NCBI GenBank assembly: GCA_963674695.2
Contig: CAXXGI010000003.1
Location: 192,001-256,000 of the forward strand
Reading direction: 5' to 3'
Origin: a bacterium
GTDB taxonomy: Bacteria; UBA10199; 2-02-FULL-44-16; JAAZCA01
Length of the DNA stretch: 64,000 nucleotides
Shown here: positions 9,143 through 19,200 of the stretch, piece by piece
How the letters are laid out: each line of letters opens with the position of its first letter
Position numbering within the stretch: position 1 is the stretch's first letter
The notes under the pieces: model-generated
What the model was told of the DNA's origin: nothing
What the model saw: only the letters and a program-made list of their open reading frames with translations
Database searches by the model: none
Made by a program: the position numbers and the translations under genes

Positions 9143-10624
9143 CTATGGCAATGAATTCCTATACAGGGCTTTCGGAGCGCCGTCGCTATCGTAGCATTGG
9201 CATTCCAGTTCAGTGTTCTTCATGCAATCGCTGCGGCTCTCGATCGTCATGCCGGAACCCATGTCGCTGTTCTGGGGAATTTCGATCTTGAGATTCTGTA
9301 CTCCGATCATGCCTTCTTCCGATACATCTGTTACGTCTGTGAGGACATATGTTCCGAACTTGCGGATGATCTGATAAACCGGGTTGAGATTCTGATACGC
9401 GGCGATGTCAGGAGTGGATTCATCATCATCGTTATAACGGCTCGGCGGGGCGGCGGCCAGATCCCGGATCTGGTTGAAGATGCGCTGTTCAGTGCCTACC
9501 TGAAAATCGCCATTTCCAAAGAGCGACACCATGTAGGGTCTGATATCCGTGGCGGGGTAACAGTATCCCGATCCGTGCTTCACGTTGATCACCGGATCGC
9601 CGATTTCAAGCGGCATGGTGGAGGTGGTCGGGCTGTCCTTGATACTCATATGGTGGGCAGAGATGACGTTGATGGCACTGATTCGATATTGGTAGTGGCA
9701 GGTTTCAGGGCCGCTCGGTGCGACCGCGACCTCCATCGGCCCACAGCAGTCGGGGCATTTTCCGTTTCGCGCTACGATGCCCGATGGCGGGCATTTGTTG
9801 GCGGGGCAGTTTTTATCATGTTCATAGGCGCACTTCTCATTCGTGAAATTTTCTTCGCCGCAATCACGGCAGTTGCCCATTTCGTCGATAAACTGTGTCT
9901 CCAGATTGCACTTGCTGCAGAGTGAGCGTCCATGGCTGATCGGCATCTCCGTTCGATCCTTCGGACAGACGCAGGGTCCGTCTGCACTCTCGCGTGTTGC
10001 CCCCTCGACGCACTGGCATTTTCCCTGTTTCAAGCGGGCCAGCGGATCGGGGGTGCTTGAATTGCTGCTCACCATGCAACTGCAGCGCATGCCTCCGGAA
10101 TGCTGGAAAAATGCATCGCCTTCGCAGCGCGTGCACACACCGGTGTCCTGATCGTATGATGCCGCGTATGGGTCGAACAATCCCGGGCATTCACACAGTC
10201 CGTTCACATTCCGGTCCATGCCATAGGGACAGATGCAGTCATTGTTGATATTGGCAATCGTGTCGGCTCTGTCGTTTTCTCCCGTACATCTGCCGCCGAC
10301 ACAGCAGGCACAGAAGCCGGCTTCGTTCGGGAGGTGAAAACGTCTGCTCGAACCAGGGCAGTCACAGACGCCGTTTTCCTTTGTTGCCCCTCGTGCACAG
10401 ACGCAGCCCCCTTCCGCTTCGTCCAAAATGCCGTCCTTACAGTCGAGTTGGAGTGGCGGGAGTTGCATCTTCTCCATCTTCGTTGGCATTTGTTTTTTGA
10501 CCTCGACTTTTTTCTCCGGCGACTTGAAGAGGCCGAAGAAGTCGAAGGCCTGAGCGGGCGTGGCGAGTGTTGTCAGGAGTAAGAGCAGCAGCAGTGAAAT
10601 GACGACCGAGGAAAAACGTTTCAT
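9143..10624 (-). CDS. Secreted cysteine-rich repeat protein
   Basis: Signal peptide MKRFSS...AQA and repeated CxCxxG...CxCP units. RBS GGAGG before 10624. Confidence 0.8.
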   Translation of the reverse strand: MKRFSSVVISLLLLLLLTTLATPAQAFDFFGLFKSPEKKVEVKKQMPTKMEKMQLPPLQLDCKDGILDEAEGGCVCARGATKENGVCDCPGSSRRFHLPNEAGFCACCVGGRCTGENDRADTIANINNDCICPYGMDRNVNGLCECPGLFDPYAASYDQDTGVCTRCEGDAFFQHSGGMRCSCMVSSNSSTPDPLARLKQGKCQCVEGATRESADGPCVCPKDRTEMPISHGRSLCSKCNLETQFIDEMGNCRDCGEENFTNEKCAYEHDKNCPANKCPPSGIVARNGKCPDCCGPMEVAVAPSGPETCHYQYRISAINVISAHHMSIKDSPTTSTMPLEIGDPVINVKHGSGYCYPATDIRPYMVSLFGNGDFQVGTEQRIFNQIRDLAAAPPSRYNDDDESTPDIAAYQNLNPVYQIIRKFGTYVLTDVTDVSEEGMIGVQNLKIEIPQNSDMGSGMTIESRSDCMKNTELECQCYDSDGAPKALYRNSLP

Positions 10625-10721
10625 GGAGACCTCCCTTGAGGGTGAATCAAGCAAGGCATTATACTAGCAAAATATATGCCATTGGGGGAGTATTTTCGCT
10701 GTCGGGAGGGTGAATAGTGGT

Positions 10722-12059
10722 CTATTTTTCGTCGATAGGAAGGCAATTGGCGAGCGAGAGGCGCCAGAGTGAATATTCACCCCGTTGCTCATCGACGGCG
10801 GAATCGGTGCGAAGGAAGAGCCAGTCGCCGCTGATCGTCATGCCTGTCATCGCCCCAGCAGAAAAGGGCTCTTGGGCATCGAGTGCGCACCATCGCTCAT
10901 CGGAGATTTCGCGGAAATAGAGCGTCGAGGCTTCGGCATCGTGGAGCAAGACGCGCTCGCCATCATCGCTGATTGTGGCAATCGTGGCATCAGTTGGAAG
11001 GGCGTGCCCCGTTGTTTGTTCGGGCTCGTCTGCACTGGAATGGAAGAGCCATCGTGCATCCGCTGATTGCGCGAGAGAAACGATGCGCCCGGTGGGGGCG
11101 ATGACGACCTCCATCGGCGTCATCCCGCTCGGCAGCGGAAGGTCGATAGGGGATCCGCCGGCCGGTAGGAATGAGGCGCTCGTCTGCCCCTGCGTATCCT
11201 CGAGCAATGCAACGCCGTTGCCCTCGTCGTCGAGACATTGTCGAGAGCCAGCGATTGCCGCGCGCGCGTCCGACAGGGTGTGGAGTGCAGGTACCGTTCC
11301 GTCAAAGGAGGAATTCAGGCGTTCGAATCGACCTCGATTGCTTCCCGGGTCTTGGGTGACGACGCCGCCCATCCATGTGAGATCGCGCGATGCACACAGG
11401 GATGTGACACCGATGAGTGCCGCGAGATCGATCGAACCGTACTCGACATGCAGGATGCGCAGCGCAGATTCGCTCCATGTAGGGAGCTGGTAGGCGATGC
11501 GTGCCATCTTGTCGTCCACCGCAGTCTGATGCCAGGGCGCTGCTTGAAAGGAACCCGCAATGAATGCCTCGTGTCCCGTTTGAAGGTCGAGGAAGAAGGC
11601 GCGCGTCTCAATTCCATTGAAAGGGATATATCGTTCCGTTGCAAAGAGGTGTGCTCCCCCCGCGAGTGCACGCAGATCGCTCGTTGCCTTCGGGTCATGA
11701 TCAGCGATGCTATAATAGCGTCTGAGAAGCCGTGCCGGTTTTCGATCGAAGCGGCAGTCGTCGAGACAGCCCACATCCAACGACGCGTCTGTGCTGTAAT
11801 CGCACTCCTCTTCCCCTTCAACGACGCCATCGCCACAGATCGGTTCAGGGCTCTCTCTCGATTCTACAGCACGATCGTCATCGCCGCCCGGAGTGATGAT
11901 CGGAGGAGTATCGTCATCGCCGTCCGCATTCTCCGGATCGCGCTTCGGTTCTGAACCGCCGCAACCCTGGAGCGCGACCGTGCTTCCCGCGAGGACGGTG
12001 AAGAGGGCGATGGTGAGAGCGGTTGTGGTGGTGAAGACGAAACCCAGCATTGTTCTCAT
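10722..12059 (-). CDS. Putative lipoprotein with a myxobacterial disulfide-repeat-like motif and probable beta-propeller region
   Basis: LQGC lipobox, CGDGVVEGEEECD...CLDDC, beta-rich C-terminus, RBS GGAGG. Confidence 0.7.
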   Translation of the reverse strand: MRTMLGFVFTTTTALTIALFTVLAGSTVALQGCGGSEPKRDPENADGDDDTPPIITPGGDDDRAVESRESPEPICGDGVVEGEEECDYSTDASLDVGCLDDCRFDRKPARLLRRYYSIADHDPKATSDLRALAGGAHLFATERYIPFNGIETRAFFLDLQTGHEAFIAGSFQAAPWHQTAVDDKMARIAYQLPTWSESALRILHVEYGSIDLAALIGVTSLCASRDLTWMGGVVTQDPGSNRGRFERLNSSFDGTVPALHTLSDARAAIAGSRQCLDDEGNGVALLEDTQGQTSASFLPAGGSPIDLPLPSGMTPMEVVIAPTGRIVSLAQSADARWLFHSSADEPEQTTGHALPTDATIATISDDGERVLLHDAEASTLYFREISDERWCALDAQEPFSAGAMTGMTISGDWLFLRTDSAVDEQRGEYSLWRLSLANCLPIDEK

Positions 12060-12074
12060 TCCTCCCTTATATTG

Positions 12075-12101
12075 TTATCGACCACGAGGGCGGAAAGTTG
12101 C
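12075..12101 (-). promoter_or_regulatory. Putative sigma28-like promoter
   Basis: Minus strand GCAACTT...GTCGATAA (CAAC-N14), 15 nt upstream of ATG 12059. Confidence 0.55.
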
Positions 12102-12272
12102 GTAAATCATAGCGTCATATTCATATTGCTCTTTCCCTTGTGGTGATTGTTGTGCAGGTTCGAGCACCTCCCTTTCTTTCCCTTCGATGGACATTTCTAC
12201 TATGCGACTGATCCCTATTGACAGTGCGCCATCTCTGCGACGTATAGTGCAGCTAGGGGAGAGGAGGCCGTT

Positions 12273-12926
12273 ATGAGTTCCGATATCACGTCCATGGGTT
12301 CGATCTTCACCACGATCGCTGCGGGGAAATCCGGCGGTCGCGAGATTCGCTACGATTTCTATGTCGAATACGAAGACGGCGGGGTCGACACGGGTCGTTG
12401 GATCGACGTGAATGAAAATGGCAGAGCGGATGCGGGCGATCGCTTCGGCATCGGTTCGGATGCCAATCTCCCGCTCTTTGCGCGCGGGAACAAAAGCTGC
12501 GGTGGGAAGGTCATCGATCCAATATACGTGCGCGCGCTGGCGATGCGGGAATATCGCCCGTTTGAAATGCATCGGATGACCGAGGAAGATGTTTACAGCT
12601 ATGGGTTCTTTCTGGATGAGGTCGCGCCGCGATGGAGTCGACGGTTGAATGAAGTGCGCCAAGAGGCCAAGCGCATCGGCCAGAAGGATTGTAAGATGTC
12701 GTGTGAGAAGGGGGACGCGCCCGGATCGGGGAGGATGAAGCTCAAAACGCGTCCCGGTTTCTGGGCGAAAGAGGCCGGAGCGAGTGAGCCCTTCAGCTAT
12801 GTCGTCAGAAATCCGGGCGAAGAGGATGTGCGCATCGTGGGCGAAGTGAAGCGTTCCGCGCCCGATTACGCCATGCTCATGGGCGCGTTTCAGGCGTGCT
12901 TGAAGGTGATTGCACGTTCCAAGTGA
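12273..12926 (+). CDS. Hypothetical protein, tandem paralog 1 (DxNxNG calcium-loop-like motif)
   Basis: RBS GGAGG; DVNENGRADAGD; aligns along its length with 12954-13619. Confidence 0.8.
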   Translation: MSSDITSMGSIFTTIAAGKSGGREIRYDFYVEYEDGGVDTGRWIDVNENGRADAGDRFGIGSDANLPLFARGNKSCGGKVIDPIYVRALAMREYRPFEMHRMTEEDVYSYGFFLDEVAPRWSRRLNEVRQEAKRIGQKDCKMSCEKGDAPGSGRMKLKTRPGFWAKEAGASEPFSYVVRNPGEEDVRIVGEVKRSAPDYAMLMGAFQACLKVIARSK

Positions 12927-12953
12927 GAAACGATTTCTGTTGAGGAGGTTATC

Positions 12954-13619
12954 ATGGGATTCGAGTCCGAGATCACGGGGATGGGAACGCTCTTTCTCAC
13001 CAGCAACGCGGGTGTGCGCGGCCAGCGCGAACTCGCCGTTGACTTCTATGTCGACTATGAAGATGGCACCGGCGTCGATGCGCGCTGGGTCGATACAAAC
13101 GGAAACGGACGTGTCGATGCGAATGATGCGTTTGGCATGGGGGATCTCTTCGCCCTGAGCAGCTATCAGGAACGGGAAGAACTCTTGTCGTGTCAGGATG
13201 ATTCAAAACGTCGCACCATCTGGTGGGCGGAGAAACTCCAACGGAAGACGTTCTCCGATGCGCCGCCTTTTCCGATGCGTCGCATCACCGCGGCCGAAGT
13301 GAAGCGCTTCGGTTCCTATCTCAATACGACGGCGGGCGCGTGGGCCGGCCGTATCGACCGTATCCATTCGGAAGAGAAGCGTCTCGGCACGCCGGCGGGA
13401 AAGCTCGCGTGCGAGCCGGGTGACGAGATCGGCGCCGGCCGGATGTGGATCAAGGGAACGCGCGTTTTCTGGGCCAAGGAGGAGGGGATGACCGATCCCT
13501 TCAGCCTCGTGCAACACTTCGATACCGATCCCTATTTCCTCGTCAAGGCAACCGTGTCCCCCAAGAGCCCGGACTACACCGTCCTCCGTTCCGCCTTCAC
13601 CGCCTGCCTTGCGCGGTGA
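12954..13619 (+). CDS. Hypothetical protein, tandem paralog 2
   Basis: RBS GGAGG; DTNGNGRVDAND; shares DFYVxYEDG, FWAKExGxxxPFS and PDY with paralog 1. Confidence 0.8.
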   Translation: MGFESEITGMGTLFLTSNAGVRGQRELAVDFYVDYEDGTGVDARWVDTNGNGRVDANDAFGMGDLFALSSYQEREELLSCQDDSKRRTIWWAEKLQRKTFSDAPPFPMRRITAAEVKRFGSYLNTTAGAWAGRIDRIHSEEKRLGTPAGKLACEPGDEIGAGRMWIKGTRVFWAKEEGMTDPFSLVQHFDTDPYFLVKATVSPKSPDYTVLRSAFTACLAR

Positions 13620-13662
13620 TAATACGGTCATGTTGTACTCAGTGACAATCCTACATTGACTC

Positions 13663-13689
13663 GCAACTTTTTCCTCCATCGGCCGATAA
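13663..13689 (+). promoter_or_regulatory. Putative sigma28-like promoter
   Basis: GCAACTT...GCCGATAA (CAAC-N14). GCCGATAA is the canonical FliA -10 element. Confidence 0.6.
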
Positions 13690-13737
13690 TTGAATGAGGG
13701 CCCCGCTACGGGTGTTTCTCTGAGAAAGGATTTCGCT

Positions 13738-14775
13738 ATGGGAACGGTTTGCACGACAGTGGGCTGCGCCAGGCGGCAGTGTTTCAAGCTCGGAGCGAGA
13801 GGCGATGCCAAGCGTGAGACATGTCTCGATGCGCTCAAGGATTGTCGTGAGCAGAAGGGGATTCCTGAGGACTATGCGCAGTGTCTGCAGGATGTCCTTG
13901 CGGGACGCCGTTCTCCGTCGCGGAAGAAGGTGGATGAGACCAAGGATCATGAGCCGCAGACGGAAGAGAAAAAGAGACCGAAGAAGAAGAAAAAGAAGAA
14001 AGTTGAACCCACTGCTTCCAAGCCCATCGATGAGGTGCCGCAGAAAAAGAAATCGAAAAAGAAGAAGTCAGGAAAGATGAAGGTCGAGGAACTGCTCATG
14101 GCGCCGCTCTGGGCCCATGCAAAGGTGGTCATCGGTGGTCGCGTGCGGTATTGTTCTCGGAGTGTCACCTTCGACGCGAAACGCGTCGACGATCGGCATG
14201 GTCCGTACGAGGTGGATGACTTGGCTGAAAATGCCATCAAGCATCAGAAACTCATTCCGATCTGTCGAAAGCCAAAATCCTTGAAGCCGGCCATTTTGAC
14301 GCGCTCCGAGGCCGATCGATTGGTTCGTCTCCTGCAGAAGACGCTCGATAAAAAATGCCGCTGGGTATCGGACATGGTTGATGATGCAACGCAGATGTCC
14401 CGGGAGGATTTCCAGATCCGGTTTTCGCCGAACAAACGATACAAACCCATCGAGATGGGGTTCTTCGGCGGCGACCTCAAGGACTTCGCGGATTGCTACA
14501 ACGACGGCGATTGTCTGGATGCCTCAGTTCGCATCATGCTGGGCGATGATGCCCAGATCGTTCTCGGATACCACGCTGCCAACGGCGCGAGCGAATTGAT
14601 GGAGCAGATGAGCGTGGAGCGCTTTAGGGAAAAGTTGGAGGACTCCTTTGGCGGAATTCACAGCGGGCATGAGTTGGATCTCGTCTTCTCGGATGGGGAA
14701 CAAACATTTATCATCGTGGACCATCCCTTTCATCAGATGGATGACTGGCCCGGCAATCTCCTTCGCCCGAAGTAG
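13738..14775 (+). CDS. Hypothetical protein with N-terminal Cys module and Lys-rich tract
   Basis: ATG 13738 after AAGGA; C-x13-C-x6-C; KKRPKKKKKKKV; no signal peptide. Confidence 0.7.
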   Translation: MGTVCTTVGCARRQCFKLGARGDAKRETCLDALKDCREQKGIPEDYAQCLQDVLAGRRSPSRKKVDETKDHEPQTEEKKRPKKKKKKKVEPTASKPIDEVPQKKKSKKKKSGKMKVEELLMAPLWAHAKVVIGGRVRYCSRSVTFDAKRVDDRHGPYEVDDLAENAIKHQKLIPICRKPKSLKPAILTRSEADRLVRLLQKTLDKKCRWVSDMVDDATQMSREDFQIRFSPNKRYKPIEMGFFGGDLKDFADCYNDGDCLDASVRIMLGDDAQIVLGYHAANGASELMEQMSVERFREKLEDSFGGIHSGHELDLVFSDGEQTFIIVDHPFHQMDDWPGNLLRPK

Positions 14776-14875
14776 CTTCCGTTCGGAAAATGAATCTTCC
14801 CCTTGTTATCGCATCGTCGTCGATTGCCTTGAAAAATGGGCTGGCACATCGAAGGATGTTTCTTTGTCTCTCGTC

Positions 14876-15112
14876 ATCTGTCCCCTTGAGTTCCCCCTGT
14901 TGCGATTCATCGTGAAACGAGCCGTTTTGGCCTGCGAAGAATCGCTGCTTTAGGCCGGAGGCCTAAATTCCGAACGATGTCTGAGCCCGCCAAAAAATAG
15001 AATGAAGTTTTTTATCCTTCGGGCGAGTTCGTGAGGAAAAGCGGTTCGAGACAGATGCCAAAACGTGTGAGTGGAGCGCAGAACGCAACAGGGGGAACTC
15101 AAGGGGACAGAT
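14876..15112. repeat. Structured palindromic non-coding element, family B copy 1
   Basis: Perfect 29-bp terminal inverted repeat (14876-14904/15084-15112). Interior is homologous to 28014-28250. Confidence 0.85.
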
Positions 15113-15126
15113 TCTCCTGGGGCTCT

Positions 15127-15996
15127 CTACTCCCCACCCGGCGTGATTGTCACCACACCCGTTCCCTCGATCTCGGCGGAGCCGACCGGCGGGTCGGGGA
15201 TGGTCTGCACGCTGATCACGAAGGTGGTCGTCGTTTCATCATCGCCCACATCCACGATCAATGAGCGCAGCGGCGGGGTGGTCTTCTCCAGTGCTTTGGT
15301 GAGCCACTCTTCCGGCGGTCCGGTCGTTTCGAAACGGCGGCCGGGGGCATCGGTGAAAGAGCAGGTCGATTTCCAATCCTCGGTGATCTTGCGCTTGAAG
15401 ATGGCCTTGATGCTGGCCTGCTCCTCATCCGTGCGGCGGAAGGTGATCTCGAACGGAACCTTGGGGACGGTGACATCGAGCGCGCATTCGCCGGTCGGCC
15501 AACGCGAGAGTGCGCCTTCGACCGTGGCGGTGATGTCGGCCTCGCCACGGATGATCGCGGTGGCGGCGTTGGCCTGTCCCTTCATCTCGACGGTATAGCG
15601 TATCACGAAGGAGTCGGGCGATCCGTCGAAGACGTAGTTCATGATGATGGCGGCGTTGAGCTGAATGCCCCAGCGGTTCTGACCCTCACCCGCTTCGCCC
15701 CCCTCGATTTCTTCCTCCTCGATGGGTTCCGGCAACAGCGTGTCCGCTTCCTCTTCGGCTTCCTCGGCCTCGATCTCCTCCTCTTCGGCCGCTACCGCGG
15801 CTTCCTCTTCATCCTCGAGGGCATCGGCAAAGAGCCCCTCGTCGAGGGCCTCGTCGAGGGTCTCATCGTCCGCATCTTCCAGGGGGAGGCTGTCCTGCGC
15901 ATGGGCGGAAGTACTCGTTCCAGCGACGATTGCAGGAACGAGGAGAAAGAGCATCATCACGAGAAGTATTCGGGATCTGAATTTCATCTTCCTCAT
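15127..15996 (-). CDS. Hypothetical exported protein with acidic linker
   Basis: Signal-like MRKMKFRSRILLV...AHA, Glu-rich linker, beta-rich C-terminal domain. Start shortened from the ORF call. Confidence 0.7.
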   Translation of the reverse strand: MRKMKFRSRILLVMMLFLLVPAIVAGTSTSAHAQDSLPLEDADDETLDEALDEGLFADALEDEEEAAVAAEEEEIEAEEAEEEADTLLPEPIEEEEIEGGEAGEGQNRWGIQLNAAIIMNYVFDGSPDSFVIRYTVEMKGQANAATAIIRGEADITATVEGALSRWPTGECALDVTVPKVPFEITFRRTDEEQASIKAIFKRKITEDWKSTCSFTDAPGRRFETTGPPEEWLTKALEKTTPPLRSLIVDVGDDETTTTFVISVQTIPDPPVGSAEIEGTGVVTITPGGE

Positions 15997-16184
15997 ATTA
16001 TTCAGGAATATCGCGTTCTCCTCAATAGATAAATGGGGAGAGAGGAGCTTTTCGCGTCTCCGTTTGTCTTCGGATTCCGGTTCCCGATTTCCCGATCGTG
16101 ATCCGTTGTTTCGCACATGGTTCAGGATGAGGTAAAATATCTTGTAACACCTCGATATAATTAGAGAATAAATGAGCGGTTGCC

Positions 16185-16213
16185 GCAACATTGCCCCCCC
16201 ATCCTGCCGATAA
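16185..16213 (+). promoter_or_regulatory. Putative sigma28-like promoter (longer spacer)
   Basis: GCAACAT...GCCGATAA (CAAC-N16) upstream of the 1582-aa ORF. Confidence 0.5.
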
Positions 16214-16244
16214 TAAGGGGGAGGCAGTATATCCGTGAAAAGGG

Positions 16245-19200
16245 GTGGGGCTCGCCCGATGGACTCCCTTTCACATTCCGTATGGGGCATTGATGGGTCA
16301 TGATGTCGACATCAAGCCGGGCATCCGTGCAGGCGTCACCGATGACGCCATCGCCTACGAGCGCGCTGACATCGCGGCCGGTCAAGAGCCTTGCCTCGCT
16401 GAACTTCTCGACGGAGATGGCGATGGTCTCCTCACGCGCGATGAATATGAGCATTCGCGAGAGAGACTGGCCGAATATGATGTGGTCGACGCAGGCTTCG
16501 GTTCCTTCCTCAGGTTTGCCGAGATCAGCCGGAGTGCGCCCGCTAAGGCGCGCGAAGCCGGCGTGGATCATATGGTCAAGCCGCGTGAGACCAATGCCAC
16601 GACCTCAGATGCATTGCGCACGAAGGCCTATGAGCACGCTCGCACGCTCATCGGTATGGCGAAGGAGACCGATTCCTACGTGCAAGCGCAGAAAATTCTG
16701 GGCGATGCGGGGATGCTCTTGTCGCAGCTCGGGTTTGTGCGTGAGGTGAAACGCGTTCATAAGATGATCGTCGCGCGTGCACGTTCCGAAGGTCGAGAGC
16801 AGGATGTCGCCTACTTCGAAGCGCTCGATGCGATGGGCCGCAATGATGTGGCCTCAGTCGAGGCGCGTTTGTCGGATATTCCTCAAGGATATGCCGGTCG
16901 CGAAGTCCTGGACGAGTATACATCCACACATCGTCGCCTTGAGCGAATATCGCTCACATTCGATGCATCCGCAGCCTTGGCCAACGCGCATATCGCAAGG
17001 ATGGAGGAGGTCGAAGAGTCATTTCTCGGAAGTACTTTCGGGGTGAATCGTGAGGAGTACAAGGATGCTCTTCGCGAGGTGCTCGATGCTTGGCGAGAAC
17101 GTCTGATCTCCGGGCGCTTTGAGAGTACGCGAATGATTTTGGAGGATATCTGGGAGAATGAGCCCGATCTTCGTAGGGGAATATCCATCCTCGCCGGATT
17201 CGACGGAGCCGATGCAGTCGATAATTTTGATACGCTCGACGATGCGATCTCTCGGGGGCAGTGTTTCGAGTCATTAACGCTTTCCGATCTCCTGAACGCC
17301 GAAGAAAACCCGGATGCAAATCAACTCACAGATAATATCACGCTCGCCTGCACGAATGATGGCGCGAAAGGAAAGCGAGAGGCGGCCGCCGTGGCGGGCA
17401 TCTACGAACAGCATGAAACCTTTCGAGATGCGATGAGTGATCTCATAGACCGCGAGTTCGAAAATCGCGGAATGTTCGTCACCCTGCGCGATTCGCTTCA
17501 GGGGTTCACGCAGCCAGTGAATGTCGCGATCATGATAGGCGGTTTTGGACTCGCGCGCATTACGACCGCAGCGCTCATGTCTCGTATTGCCCCCGTCGGC
17601 GTTGAGGGGTTGTCAATCGCCGCGCGCGTTGGGGTTCAAGGTGCAGAATCCGTGATCGAGGCGGGCGGCTTTACCGTCTATTCGCGCATGTTGACGTCGC
17701 TTCTCACCACGCAGCCGGTCGATTGGAGTGGGCAGGCCATCGCAAAGGAATGGGCGACGCTCGCACTCTCCTTTGGCTTCCTTCGTGCCACACACGCTCC
17801 ACTCACCACGTTGCGTCAAACACTGGGGAAGACGAAGCGCTTTGGTCTGCCAACAAAGGCGCCCGTGCGTGCCGGGGGCGTGAACATGCCTGCGCTCACA
17901 CGCGGCGGTGAGGCGATCTATAAGGTGATCGAGAATCTCACGCATACCACGGCATTCTATTCAGGCGGCGTTGTCGGTCATCGTGCAGGTTTTCGTGACG
18001 TTCCGCCGCACTATTTCGAAGAGTGGCTCACCCTCCTGCAGTTTCAGATGGCGGTGCGCGGTGCCAATATGGCGACGAAGGGCTGGGTGGATCGAAAGGC
18101 GTGGGAGATTCGTTCCAAGCCGGCGCTGGATGCATCGCGCACAATTGCCGAGGCGATCGTGCGAGGACAGCGCGGTGTTGAGGATCCGAACGCCCTCATC
18201 GATATGCTCACACAGGAGATCTACCTCTCGCACGTGCGCGGCGATCTCTCTGCGCGCGATCTCATCGATGGCGCTCGTGATGTTGCCCGTGACGCAGATG
18301 GGTTTCAGTCTCAGGTCCCTTCGCCGGTTATGGAAGGTGCTGGGGATGGACGTTCGGCTGTTTCGAACGAAGTTGTTTCGGAAAACATCCTGCACATGGA
18401 CGGCCGGTCGCGAGAGGGGTCGCGTGATGGCGCATCGTTGAAAGATCGCGTGAAGGCGTTGGAGGGGGCGCGTGATGCACGCAGCCTGGATTCGGCGCGT
18501 ATCACCAGCGAGCTCGTCGACGAAATCGTCGCTTCGCGCGATGTCGATCTCATACGGCGGTTTTACCATCTCTTGCTCGACATTCCGGGGTCGGAGTCGA
18601 TCCCGCGTTGGAGACGGTTGTTCACGAAGCTCCTCGACGCGCGCCGTGCAGTGCACGCCGAGTACAAGGGAGCGGACGTGGATGCAGCTGTGTCCCTTCG
18701 CCGGATGGAATATGATCTCGGTCTGTTCAGCAATGCGGTTCGCACTGAGCACAACATTCGCGTGCTGAGAAGCGATGCCGTGAGCGATGCAAACAAGACG
18801 AACGCCATCTACCAGAACGAGATGTATACGAATGTTTGGATGGATCCGGCCACGGGGCTCGTGGAACCGCCGAGGCCTGATTCGAACCTCGCGTTCTATC
18901 TCGACATACAGAACGGTGCGGTAACCCGCGTCGCTTCCTCCTCGAGCCGAATTCCTTTGCGATGGATCACTGGATACGAAGGAATGGTACTCTTCAAGGG
19001 ATTGGATAAGCGTGACGATGGTGCGTATCAGCCGAAGGCCAAGGCGGTTCGCACGCCACAGGCCAAGGGTGATGATGCTGGAAAAACAAGCAAATTGCCC
19101 GGTTGGGAAAAAAGGCCCAGCACTGTTTGTGAGCGGGCTTCGAAGATGGAGAAGGATGGAGATGTCGAAGGGGCGGTCGCGGTTTACACGGGGAGAATTG

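Noticed and set aside
12218-12248. TTGACA...TATAGT sigma70 promoter before the paralog pair
   Set aside because: The spacer is 19 nt, longer than the usual 16-18, so it is not supported well enough to call.
14876-15112. Family B as RNase P RNA or another housekeeping RNA (contains GAGGAAA)
   Set aside because: It lacks GAGGAAAGUCC and the other conserved RNase P regions, occurs twice, and has long terminal inverted repeats. No tRNA-like ends for tmRNA.
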